Assembly (NCBI GenBank): GCA_963699255.1
Contig: OY969425.1
Coordinates: 180,001 to 212,000 of the forward strand
Length of the DNA stretch: 32,000 nucleotides
Direction: 5' to 3'
Origin: an uncultured bacterium
Lineage (GTDB): Bacteria; Margulisbacteria; WOR-1; CAVSGV01
Positions 23,232-31,969 of the stretch are shown here, piece by piece. Under the pieces are notes generated by a model. It ran no database searches. It worked only from the letters and a program-made list of their open reading frames with translations, and was not told the origin of the DNA. Position numbers and translations under genes: made by a program. Each line of letters begins with the position of its first letter. The stretch's first letter is position 1.

Positions 23232-24239
23232 ATGAGGAATACGGTTCTAAAGTTAACATTTTTAGCGGTATCATTGGTAATATTGATGATATCCGCATCC
23301 TTTGCTGATGACGGCTCAGTCAACGCACCCTCGGTAGACATAACAGAAGTAGGGATGGGAGCGCGCCCGATAGCGCTTGGGGGAGCATACACGGGCCTTG
23401 CTGATGACGCATCGGCCATATTCACGAATCCGGCAGGGCTTGCCAGGCAGAACAGCCTCTCTTTTGTAAGCATGAGTTCACAGATATTGAACACCGTAGA
23501 CTACAAGCTGATCGGATTTTCATATCCGACGCAATACGGTCATTTAGGGATCGGATATGTTGGGGCATCAACACCGGCAGGCTCACATATATATTATGTA
23601 GGGGGAGTAACAACCGAAGGCGGAGCAATGGATTATACGAACCAGATGTTCATCCTCTCATATGGTAAAGATATCAGCGAGCAAGTCGGGGTAGGGGCTA
23701 ACGTAAAGTTTCTTTCACAGGGGCTTTCGGGGAGCATAAGCAATGCACCGACCGCAAGCGGAATGGAGCTGGACCTTGGGGCGATGTATGCACCGACCAG
23801 CAGGTTGACCGTTGGAGCCACACTTCAAAATGTGGCTGGATCGCTTGATTGGTCCACCGGGGAGAAAGAAACGCTTCCCAGGCTGTTCAAGCTGGGATGT
23901 TCATATAAAGCTATTGAAAATGTGCTGGTCGCGCTGGACACGGACTTCGACCTGGACGGAGGAAGGGATATGGTGGCACACGGCGGAGCCGAATGGCAGG
24001 TAATACCACTTCTCGCGCTGAGGGCCGGGATCGACCAGAAAGCGGCGTCGATCGACGAGGGGACCACAGGGACATCAACGAATTATCTGCTTGGCATAGG
24101 CCTTACGCTGGACGGGTTCAGGTTCGATTACGCGTACAGGCAGGATCCTAATTTTTCTGAGCTATCAACGCATTATTTCTCGATCTGTTACACGGGCGGT
24201 CCTGAGGAGCCGGTAAAACAGGCATCGGAAATAATATAA
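23232..24239 (+). CDS. outer-membrane beta-barrel protein, PorV/PorQ-like (or FadL-like)
   Basis: Start moved to ATG 23232 (SD AGGGGGGAG). Signal peptide MRNTVLKLTFLAVSLVILMISASFA. The N-terminal block GARPIALGGAYTGLADDASAIFTNPAGLA is typical of the PorV/PorQ and FadL-type barrel families. The rest shows an alternating beta-strand pattern. Confidence 0.55.
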   Translation: MRNTVLKLTFLAVSLVILMISASFADDGSVNAPSVDITEVGMGARPIALGGAYTGLADDASAIFTNPAGLARQNSLSFVSMSSQILNTVDYKLIGFSYPTQYGHLGIGYVGASTPAGSHIYYVGGVTTEGGAMDYTNQMFILSYGKDISEQVGVGANVKFLSQGLSGSISNAPTASGMELDLGAMYAPTSRLTVGATLQNVAGSLDWSTGEKETLPRLFKLGCSYKAIENVLVALDTDFDLDGGRDMVAHGGAEWQVIPLLALRAGIDQKAASIDEGTTGTSTNYLLGIGLTLDGFRFDYAYRQDPNFSELSTHYFSICYTGGPEEPVKQASEII

Positions 24240-24274
24240 GGCCGATCGGTTACAAGAATGATTTGAGGTGTTTT

Positions 24275-24757
24275 ATGGTTAAAAAAATAGTTATTTATTT
24301 GAGTGTTTTGCTGCTTTTCTTTTCCGCTGTAAGCGCGGCAGGATCTTTCGCGTTCGCAACGGAGGACCAAAGTAATATCATGCCCGCGGGGGCCGTCGGC
24401 GGCTCAGCTGACCTTAACGGTTTAACACAGATTCAACATGCCGGACTTTTTTCGGTAACAAGCTGGGCAAAGAACGTGCCGAATCCATTCAGGCCAAGGC
24501 AAGGTGAAGGGACAACGATAATATATAACATTTCAGCTGATACCTGCACAAAACTGATCATTTATGACATAACCGGCAGAGCGATATGGCAGAAGTCTTT
24601 TGATCCCGGAGAGGAAGGCGGAAAAGCAGGCCAGAACAGTGTCTTCTGGGACGGGAAAAATGACTTTGGAGGATACGTTGGGAATGGAATATACATATAT
24701 ATGGTAATATCCGACAGCAAGATACTTCACCTTGGCCATATGGCGGTAATGAACTAG
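24275..24757 (+). CDS. small secreted FlgD-Ig-like / T9SS-CTD-like protein (short paralog of 22045-22953)
   Basis: ATG 24275 has GAGGTG 4 nt upstream. Signal peptide MVKKIVIYLSVLLLFFSAVSAAGSFA. It shares the same N-terminal and C-terminal segments as the 302-aa paralog but lacks the central ~140 aa. Confidence 0.65.
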   Translation: MVKKIVIYLSVLLLFFSAVSAAGSFAFATEDQSNIMPAGAVGGSADLNGLTQIQHAGLFSVTSWAKNVPNPFRPRQGEGTTIIYNISADTCTKLIIYDITGRAIWQKSFDPGEEGGKAGQNSVFWDGKNDFGGYVGNGIYIYMVISDSKILHLGHMAVMN

Positions 24758-24812
24758 TCTGCGCCTTTCTTTCAATTCTTCTCTGCCTCAATGTAATTTA
24801 TTGATGATGCCC
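24470..24812 (+). repeat. dispersed duplication, copy 2
   Basis: See 22666-23003. The two copies bracket the PorV-like gene. Confidence 0.7.
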
Positions 24813-24844
24813 TCCGGCTGACAAAATGACCCCACAAAAACCTC

Positions 24845-24873
24845 TTGACAACTTTTTGAGTTGTCTATATAAT
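24845..24873 (+). promoter_or_regulatory. consensus sigma-70 promoter of groESL (TTGACA-N17-TATAAT)
   Basis: TTGACA at 24845-24850, a 17-nt spacer and TATAAT at 24868-24873. Confidence 0.75.
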
Positions 24874-24899
24874 TAGCACTCGTGTCTGTAGATTGCTAA
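24873..24899 (+). promoter_or_regulatory. CIRCE operator (HrcA binding site)
   Basis: TTAGCACTC-gtgtctgta-GATTGCTAA against the consensus TTAGCACTC-N9-GAGTGCTAA (one mismatch). It overlaps the -10 and TSS region of groES. Confidence 0.85.
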
Positions 24900-24920
24900 T
24901 TAAGAAAAGGAGGGGTTTAT

Positions 24921-25228
24921 TTGGCAAAGAAGTTAACACCATTAGGGAACAGGGTTGTTGTAAAGGCAGCGCCAAAAGAGGAGGAAAAAACAAAGTCAGG
25001 AATAATTCTTCCCAATACAGGCGGTGACAAAGAAAAGGTGATGGAAGGCACGGTCATTGCTGTAGGGACTGGAAGATATTTGGAAAACGGACAAAAAGTT
25101 CCACTTGAAGTAAAGGTGGGAGATAAAATCTTATTTGATAAGTTTGCACGGTCATTGGCGGAGGTATGGGTTGAGGGAGAAGAATTTTCGTAATTAGTGA
25201 TGAAGATATTTTTGCAGTTAAGTCCTAA
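24921..25228 (+). CDS. groES: co-chaperonin GroES with an apparent 1-nt frameshift near 25184
   Basis: TTG start with AAGGAGG upstream. The 0-frame ends EEFS-stop at 25193. The frame starting at 25184 reads [14 protein letters not shown]-stop (25226-25228), which is the conserved GroES C-terminal strand. Confidence 0.85.
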
Positions 25229-25259
25229 TCGTATATTATAAATAAGGAGGGTAAGTAAA

Positions 25260-26906
25260 ATGACAGCAAAACAAATGTTATTTAATGATGAAGCATGGAG
25301 GGCGCTGGAGAGAGGGGTTAACAAAGTGGCAATGGCGGTCAGGGCCACTCTCGGGCCAAGAGGAAAGAACGTAGTGCTTGAGAAGAAATGGGGCTCGCCT
25401 ACGATAACGAATGACGGCGTGACCATTGCAAAGGAAATAGACCTTGAAGATCCATTCGAGAACATGGGCGCGCAGCTCCTGAAAGAGGTGGCGTCAAAAA
25501 CCAATGATATCGCGGGCGATGGAACTACAACGGCGACCGTGCTTGGTTATGCGATTTTCAAAGAAGGATTAAAGAACGTGGTCTCCGGCGCGAACCCGAT
25601 GGCATTAAAGCGCGGGATAGAAAAAGCGGTAAAAGCCTCAGTGGCAGAACTCAAAAAATTGAGCATATCGGTGGAAAATAAAAAAGAGATCGCGGACGTC
25701 GCCACCATATCCGCGAACAACGATGCTGAGATAGGCAACCTTATAGCCGACGCCATGGAAAAGGTGGGCAAGGACGGCGTCATAACCGTTGAGGAATCAA
25801 AAGGGATAGAAAACGAACTTGATGTGGTCGAAGGCATGCAGTTCGACAAAGGATATGCATCGCCTTACATGATAACGGATCGTGACAGAATGGAAGCGGT
25901 GCTTGAAGATTGCTTCATCCTTATGACGGACAAAAAGATCAGCGCCGTGAAGGATCTTCTTCAAACGCTAGAAAAAGTGGTTCAGGCGAGCAAGCCCCTT
26001 CTTATCATTGCTGACGAGATAGAAGGAGAAGCGCTTGCGACCATAGTGGTGAACAAGCTTAGGGGAACGCTAAACTGCGTTGCCGTGAAAGCACCGGGTT
26101 TTGGCGACAGAAGGAAGGCCATGCTGGACGATATAGCGGTGATAACTGGTGGCGAGGTTATATCAGATGAAAATGGTAAGACATTTGAAAATATTATGGA
26201 CGCTTATTTTGGAAAGGCAAGAAAAGTTATTGTTGGGAAAGAAAAAACTCTTATTATTCAGGGGGCGGGCACGAAGGAAGCGCTTAAGGCGAGGATGGCC
26301 CAGATAAAGAAAGAGATCGAAACTTCCGATTCTTCCTATGACAAAGAAAAGCTCCAGGAGCGGCTCGCGAAACTTTCCGGTGGAGTTGGCATAATCAAGG
26401 CAGGAGCAGCTACGGAAACAGAGCTAAAGGAAAAAAAGCACAGGATAGAAGACGCTCTGTCGGCGACAAGGGCCGCGATAGAAGAAGGGATCATTCCTGG
26501 AGGCGGAAGCGCCTTGATACACCTGATACCTGCTCTTGAAAAGCTTGAAGGTACACTGACTGGTGATGAGAAAGTGGGGGTGAGTATAGTCAGGAAGTCG
26601 ATGGAGGAGCCGCTAAAGCAGATAGCCAATAACGCAGGATGGGAAGGTTCGGTAGTTGTTGATTATATAAGCAAAAAGAAAAAGCTTGGCGTTGGCTTTG
26701 ATGCGCAAAAACTTGAGTACTGCGAGGACATGATAAAAGCTGGAATTGTTGATCCGGTGAAGGTCACAAGATCGGCACTTCAGAACGCCGCGAGCATAGC
26801 AGCGATGCTTCTCACGACCGAAGCGCTTGTTGCCGAAAAGCCTGAGGAGAAGAAGGAAATGCCGGCGATGCCGGGAGGCGGCGGTTACGGCGGGGACATG
26901 ATGTAG
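25260..26906 (+). CDS. groEL: chaperonin GroEL
   Basis: 548 aa with the canonical blocks ([11 protein letters not shown], the GGG-rich C-terminal tail [10 protein letters not shown]). Confidence 0.97.
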   Translation: MTAKQMLFNDEAWRALERGVNKVAMAVRATLGPRGKNVVLEKKWGSPTITNDGVTIAKEIDLEDPFENMGAQLLKEVASKTNDIAGDGTTTATVLGYAIFKEGLKNVVSGANPMALKRGIEKAVKASVAELKKLSISVENKKEIADVATISANNDAEIGNLIADAMEKVGKDGVITVEESKGIENELDVVEGMQFDKGYASPYMITDRDRMEAVLEDCFILMTDKKISAVKDLLQTLEKVVQASKPLLIIADEIEGEALATIVVNKLRGTLNCVAVKAPGFGDRRKAMLDDIAVITGGEVISDENGKTFENIMDAYFGKARKVIVGKEKTLIIQGAGTKEALKARMAQIKKEIETSDSSYDKEKLQERLAKLSGGVGIIKAGAATETELKEKKHRIEDALSATRAAIEEGIIPGGGSALIHLIPALEKLEGTLTGDEKVGVSIVRKSMEEPLKQIANNAGWEGSVVVDYISKKKKLGVGFDAQKLEYCEDMIKAGIVDPVKVTRSALQNAASIAAMLLTTEALVAEKPEEKKEMPAMPGGGGYGGDMM

Positions 26907-26944
26907 AAAACAGAAGAGCTAGACGAGCTAGAGGTTTAATAAGT

Positions 26945-26974
26945 GGAAGGCCCTGATATAGATCGGGGCCTTCC
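26945..26974. terminator. bidirectional hairpin between convergent groEL and ORF 26978-27946
   Basis: GGAAGGCCC (26945-26953) pairs with GGGCCTTCC (26966-26974) around a 12-nt loop, followed by TATTT. Confidence 0.55.
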
Positions 26975-26977
26975 TAT

Positions 26978-27946
26978 TTAGTAGCCTTCCGCCTGTAGGA
27001 AGTAACTCAGCCATACGGTCTCCCCTGGCTTTACCATCATCACGTTCTTTGAATTGAACGAATTTCTTCCGCGCAGTACGGGCGTAAAACCGAGAAAATC
27101 ACCTCTGTCCGGATTCGTCCAGGTAACGATCTTTTGCGGCATAGTACCCGAATCACCGTTTCTGAGTATTATATGTATCTTCCTCTGATCCGGATAAGAG
27201 ATCGTGAATATATTCCTTTCGCCTGTACCGCAGAAATGCCAGTCTCTGGATATCCTTTCGCCAAAATCATCGCCCCTGAAAACCTTATCCGTTCTCTTTT
27301 CCCAATCTGTCTCATCATGATAATTAAGTCCGTCAAGGCCTGATATCTTCATTCCATTTTGCCAGGGGAAATAGATCTGCGATGCCATATCCAAAGGGAC
27401 ATCCTTAGGGTTCTTACTGTTATCCAGGTTCGTAAAACCAAGACGGTATTGCAATATGTCTTCTTTGAGCAGCGTTAATATCATATCAAAGCGGTAGTAG
27501 AAAGGATATTGGACATAAGGATACTTGTCCTGAATATCGTTCAGGGCCTTATTGAATCTGCCGGGGATGTTGGAGAACTGCATACTTACGGAGGTAAGAG
27601 CTTCCTTCTTTCGCTCGTCTATGGATGTGATGTTTGACCATTGAATATCCCGCAAAAATCCCTGAGGGGGCATTCTGTAGAGGTTGCCATTGAATTTATA
27701 TTGCATATTGTTCTTGATGTTCGGTTTCGTGCTTAGGGCTCCGAATATCGGGGCACAGGGAAGAGTGCATTGCGGCGGATCGCCATTATCATTGAAGAGG
27801 ACGGCATGTCTTTCTTTCCCCTTTTCCGCCATCCACCAATCCATGCGAGCGCCTTCGGTAAGTATTTTAATGCGTGACCTGCCGTTTTTGAGGATATATA
27901 CCGGTTTTGTCATTCCAAAGCCGTTTTGTATCAGCTTGTTGCCCAT
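26978..27946 (-). CDS. aldose 1-epimerase (galactose mutarotase-like) family protein, tentative
   Basis: N-terminal YILKNGRSRIKILTEGARM resembles the family pattern (L.N....v.i...GA.l). The central block PIFGAL...YKFNGNLYRMPPQGFLRDIQW resembles (P.fG...f.f.G..Y.l..HGF.R...W). Confidence 0.4.
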   Translation of the reverse strand: MGNKLIQNGFGMTKPVYILKNGRSRIKILTEGARMDWWMAEKGKERHAVLFNDNGDPPQCTLPCAPIFGALSTKPNIKNNMQYKFNGNLYRMPPQGFLRDIQWSNITSIDERKKEALTSVSMQFSNIPGRFNKALNDIQDKYPYVQYPFYYRFDMILTLLKEDILQYRLGFTNLDNSKNPKDVPLDMASQIYFPWQNGMKISGLDGLNYHDETDWEKRTDKVFRGDDFGERISRDWHFCGTGERNIFTISYPDQRKIHIILRNGDSGTMPQKIVTWTNPDRGDFLGFTPVLRGRNSFNSKNVMMVKPGETVWLSYFLQAEGY

Positions 27947-28058
27947 CTTATATAGTTCGATCCCCCTCTATGATATATATCGATAAAAATGGCGGAAAAT
28001 CGCAGAGAAATATTGCATTTTTATTGGTTTTTTAGCTGTATTTTTGGGATTTAAGGGG

Positions 28059-29483
28059 CTATAGAATAAATCTCGGGTCCAATCGTGATTCGTTCTGTTT
28101 CATGACTTTTGCGGCCTCTTCAGTGCCTGGTTTTCCGCTTCTTATATTGGCAATGTCTTTATATTGCTGGACGCCGGGTTGGATGAAAGGATCTTGTCCC
28201 AGAAGTAGGCCGCTAAGAGCTATAGCGTTCATTTCTATCTGGAAGAACATACCCATTGTGTAAGCGGAAAGGTCGGGAAGTATGTAGCTCATTACAGGGA
28301 TTCCCCCTTCGTAATGCGCGTCACGCAGGCCTTCTACGAAAGCCGTATTCGCGAAATGCAGCGTCTTTTTATCAAGGTACTCAACCGGCGTTCCTTTGCC
28401 GGGGATAATCACGTCAATGCCCGGATTTTCTACCATCAAGAATGTTTCGATAATGTTCCTTTTGCCCATCTGTATCATCTGGCCGTTCGCATGCGCCATT
28501 TCGGTGTAGTATTCCGGTGATATCCATAGGCCTTCGCCGTTTTTGCCTTCGCTTTCGGGTCCCAGCTGCTGCATCCATGATGTGACGCTTCTCAGGTCGT
28601 ATGTGCCAGTGGAGGCGACCTCAATGTCCTTGTTCATATGCTTGTGAGCCAGATAACGCATCACGGCCCTGTTCATCGCAATGTTCTTTTCAAAAGGCAG
28701 GTCCCTTGTTCGTTCTTCCCCGCGGCGGGCTCCGGCGATGAATTCTTTTATGTTAACTCCGGCAACAGCGAGAGAAAATAATCCGACAGGGCAGGTAACA
28801 GAAAATCTTCCGCCCACATTGTCCGGCACTGAAAAAGTCCTATATCTTTTTTCTTCGGCAAGTTTTCTTAGTGAACCTTTTTTAGCATCAGTGATGGCGA
28901 CGATCTTTTTTGCCGCTTCATCCATAGAAAAGCTTTTTTCCATAAGCTCTTTGATGATAGCGAAAGCTATCGCCGGTTCAACTGTCCCCCCGGACTTGGA
29001 GATGACGTTCCCGCCGATCCTTCTTCCTTTCATCAGTCCAAGGATCTTTGCGGTATAAGCGGGGTCCATGTTCTGTCCCAGGAAAAAGATCCTTGGCGTG
29101 CCGCCTCTCTCTTCTTTTGAGAGAAGATTGAAAGTTTCAATGCTGCCCCTTACTGCTTCGATAGCGGCGCGTATGCCCAGGTATGATCCGCCGATGCCAA
29201 TAGACCAGAAATCATCTATATCTCCCGCAAGCTTTTTGGCCGCAGATCCGATCGCCTTGATCTCGCCGTCGGAAATGAATGGGCTTTCGGTCTTCCAGCC
29301 GGTCATGACCGTTTCACCGTCTTTTAAAAGGCCACTTTTACCTTCCAGCAGGAGATCGTGCAATTCAATGACACGCTTTGCTTCTTTATTGAATCGGGGA
29401 TGTTCAGTGATGTGTTTGCCGTTAAATGCGCCGAATCTCCTGAAATCCAATAGTATCGGTTCTTTGTGTTCGCTCATACACAT
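28059..29483 (-). CDS. pgi: glucose-6-phosphate isomerase
   Basis: 474 aa with the SIS-domain block WSIGIGGSYLG and a general PGI layout. The start could also be ATG 29477. Confidence 0.85.
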   Translation of the reverse strand: MCMSEHKEPILLDFRRFGAFNGKHITEHPRFNKEAKRVIELHDLLLEGKSGLLKDGETVMTGWKTESPFISDGEIKAIGSAAKKLAGDIDDFWSIGIGGSYLGIRAAIEAVRGSIETFNLLSKEERGGTPRIFFLGQNMDPAYTAKILGLMKGRRIGGNVISKSGGTVEPAIAFAIIKELMEKSFSMDEAAKKIVAITDAKKGSLRKLAEEKRYRTFSVPDNVGGRFSVTCPVGLFSLAVAGVNIKEFIAGARRGEERTRDLPFEKNIAMNRAVMRYLAHKHMNKDIEVASTGTYDLRSVTSWMQQLGPESEGKNGEGLWISPEYYTEMAHANGQMIQMGKRNIIETFLMVENPGIDVIIPGKGTPVEYLDKKTLHFANTAFVEGLRDAHYEGGIPVMSYILPDLSAYTMGMFFQIEMNAIALSGLLLGQDPFIQPGVQQYKDIANIRSGKPGTEEAAKVMKQNESRLDPRFIL

Positions 29484-29536
29484 ATTATTTTATTTGCTTT
29501 ACACTTAAATGCAAGTCAAATAATTCAGCCTAAACA

Positions 29537-30859
29537 TTATTCGTGCAATTCGACTTCTTCCGGCCCCCCAGGCACATAAAATTTGTGACCAGCGGCGAGG
29601 CCTACAAACTCGATCTTAGTGCCGTCTGGCGTAAGTTTGAGCGGTATTCTGCCCCGTGGAAGCTTCCCGGTTAATTTCATTTTTTTAACCGTCTCTTCCG
29701 TGAATATAATTGTTTCACCCGCTATTTGTTTCGCTTCATCGGCTAGTTCTTTGGTTGAAGAGACGACGATCACAGGGGTACCAAGGCCTCCCGCGCCCAG
29801 CCTTATCACGGCTCTTTGAACGCTCCCCATATTTCCTCTTACTATGAGCTTTTTCGCATCTTTCCGGATCCCCTGAAGGTAAAGTTTGCATGTCTTCTGC
29901 CTGATGTCAGTTTGATATTGCAGCCCCATACAGACATCCTGCCAGTTTATGCCGCCGCTGCTTCTCAGCCCGTTAAAAACTATATTTGACAATTCCCCAA
30001 ATTGCCTGTGTTCGATATTGCCTTGAGTTGTTAAAGTCATAGCCCTTGTCCATATGCCGTTGATATTGTAGGGGCTTATCATTGAGCCTTTCGGCATACC
30101 CGGAAGGTACATAAAGACATGGTCCTGAAATTCCTGGTATCGTTCCTTGCCGAACAGGGGATAAGCCAGGGCTGAAAATTGCTCGTATGAATCGTTCCAT
30201 TCAAAGCCGCACGCTCCGCCCATAAAAGCTGCTGCAACGCCCTGACCGCCCGAAAGCCCGCCGTGGACCGTATTATCGTGCCTTGTCGACAGAGTGAAAA
30301 TATTCCCTAACGAATAATCGGCTCCGCTTACAATACTTCCGAATATCGTCGCCGCTGCTGTGCTCATGATAGATGATGCCCTTTCTCTGCTTTTAAGCAC
30401 CGGAGGGATGGTAAGCGCGGTCATCTTGACCCCTTTAAGCCCGAAATATCCCAGCACCCAGTTGACCGCGGTCCTGTCCTCGAATGTCCCGAAGGGAAGC
30501 TCTCCTTTGGTCGTTTTAGTGAAACCGTACGGCAAACTGACGAAGGTGTTCGCCTCAGGATCATCATTGGCTTCAAGCGAGAATCTCCAGCGATAATTGG
30601 TCGCAAATGTGCATGTCACGGGATTCACTCCGGACAGAACTCCTTTGTTCGCGATCGCTGCTTTGCACCCCGGAAGATCGACGGATCCGAAAAAATCGAT
30701 CCTGCTTGGCATGGTTATGTATATCCTGCCGGTCCCAAGCCACTCCCTTGCCTGCTCCAGAAAGATACGCCCTATTCCATGCAGTTTCCTGCCGTTCAAT
30801 CTGCCGTTTTCCAGTCTCTCCGGCACCGGCCCCAGAAAATACGTTTTCCCGATTTCCAA
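29537..30859 (-). CDS. hypothetical protein, weakly GHMP-kinase-like
   Basis: 440 aa with a TTG start and AAGGAG 6 nt upstream. ITMPSRIDFFGSVDLPG resembles GHMP N-terminal motif I (P.RI.F.GGGTDLP). The Ser/Ala-rich segment RASSIMSTAAATIFG is only a degenerate match to motif II. Confidence 0.3.
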   Translation of the reverse strand: MEIGKTYFLGPVPERLENGRLNGRKLHGIGRIFLEQAREWLGTGRIYITMPSRIDFFGSVDLPGCKAAIANKGVLSGVNPVTCTFATNYRWRFSLEANDDPEANTFVSLPYGFTKTTKGELPFGTFEDRTAVNWVLGYFGLKGVKMTALTIPPVLKSRERASSIMSTAAATIFGSIVSGADYSLGNIFTLSTRHDNTVHGGLSGGQGVAAAFMGGACGFEWNDSYEQFSALAYPLFGKERYQEFQDHVFMYLPGMPKGSMISPYNINGIWTRAMTLTTQGNIEHRQFGELSNIVFNGLRSSGGINWQDVCMGLQYQTDIRQKTCKLYLQGIRKDAKKLIVRGNMGSVQRAVIRLGAGGLGTPVIVVSSTKELADEAKQIAGETIIFTEETVKKMKLTGKLPRGRIPLKLTPDGTKIEFVGLAAGHKFYVPGGPEEVELHE

Positions 30860-30874
30860 ATGTTTCTCCTTGCT

Positions 30875-31969
30875 CTATTGTTTGTACGTTACTAATTCCA
30901 GCGGCGGCCTTGCAAAACCGTAATTGCCGGTTTGCGCGAGCTCCAAATATCCGTCGCCGTAGATCGGCGCGTTGTCCAACAGGTTATAAGCGATCTCACC
31001 TGTAATAAATCCTGTTGTCCTATTTGCGTCTTCCGCTGTCAGGTATTTGAGTCCTAATTTAGCGTAATTCGCCCGGTTAAGCAGGTCGAGCATCGCGGCT
31101 TTCTCTCCGCCCTCACCCAGGGGGAATGCGGCTCCGCCAAGAGAATGGATCTTATCGATGAAAGCCTTTTGTCCTTCATTCCCGTGATACGCGGGGCAGC
31201 ATTTCCATCTTCTAATGGAATGTTCCCTGTAAGCTTTCGCGACTTCCGAAAAATTCAGGCTTCCGCCATTTGAGCCTTCTATGAACGGGGAAACTTCTCT
31301 GCCGGTTATTTCAAATTGATCCATATATACATTGTTAAATGCAGGATCATCGGCCTGTCTGCACCAAGTATCGTTTATAGGAGCTCTTTTCACGTTTTCA
31401 GCAGGCCTGTTGAAAAGTACAAGATGCATGTTATCTTTAATGTTGCGGTGATGACCTTGAAGGTCCAGGCGTCTTGCCATGCCGCCGAATATTCCGGGAG
31501 CGTTCATGATAGATAAATGGCCTCCTGATACTACCTGTTGGGCTTCCTGGAATCCGGTTTCCCTGTCGAATTTATATTTTTCAATATATCCGCCCTGGCT
31601 GAATATAGTCCCAAGGTCCGCGCCCGTATTCAGAAGAAAATGCAGGCTTGTTAATGACTTGAACACCAGAAGATTTGACATTCCCATTCCGCCGAGAGCG
31701 GTCAAGGGATTATAATCGGTCATATGAAGTGCAAGGCCTGAAAGGCCTGCCTGAGAATACAAGTACGGGAATACATATGAAAGAGGGGCCGGTTGAAAGT
31801 CTCCGCCGTCCTTGGATATCTCGACCATGCCTCTGCTGTCAAGTCGGAATTTGTCGGTCTTTCTGTTGAAAGTTACCTGTTCTTTCATGAATTTCCCAGC
31901 GTCATAGACCAGAGTATCCGGATCATCAGATACTGTGATTTTAAAAGTAGGGCCAAAATCGCATCCCAA
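30875..31969 (-). CDS. hypothetical protein, weakly GHMP-kinase-like; 5' end may lie outside the window
   Basis: PLTALGGMGMSNLLV resembles GHMP motif II (PxGSGLGSSAA). The ORF-track start is TTG 31969, but the frame stays open with no stop up to the window edge (31999). Confidence 0.3.
   Translation of the reverse strand: MGCDFGPTFKITVSDDPDTLVYDAGKFMKEQVTFNRKTDKFRLDSRGMVEISKDGGDFQPAPLSYVFPYLYSQAGLSGLALHMTDYNPLTALGGMGMSNLLVFKSLTSLHFLLNTGADLGTIFSQGGYIEKYKFDRETGFQEAQQVVSGGHLSIMNAPGIFGGMARRLDLQGHHRNIKDNMHLVLFNRPAENVKRAPINDTWCRQADDPAFNNVYMDQFEITGREVSPFIEGSNGGSLNFSEVAKAYREHSIRRWKCCPAYHGNEGQKAFIDKIHSLGGAAFPLGEGGEKAAMLDLLNRANYAKLGLKYLTAEDANRTTGFITGEIAYNLLDNAPIYGDGYLELAQTGNYGFARPPLELVTYKQ

Noticed and set aside
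22901-23494. 197-aa minus-strand ORF spanning the intergenic region and the 5' end of the PorV-like gene
   Set aside because: It overlaps two better-supported + strand genes and the promoter motif. It has no SD and no recognisable features.
24917-25504. 195-aa minus-strand ORF antisense to groES/groEL
   Set aside because: It is antisense to unmistakable chaperonin genes and is a spurious open frame.
29505-29540. AATGCAAGTC partial match to the -35 block of the motif
   Set aside because: There is no CGATAA block at the right distance and no + strand gene downstream.
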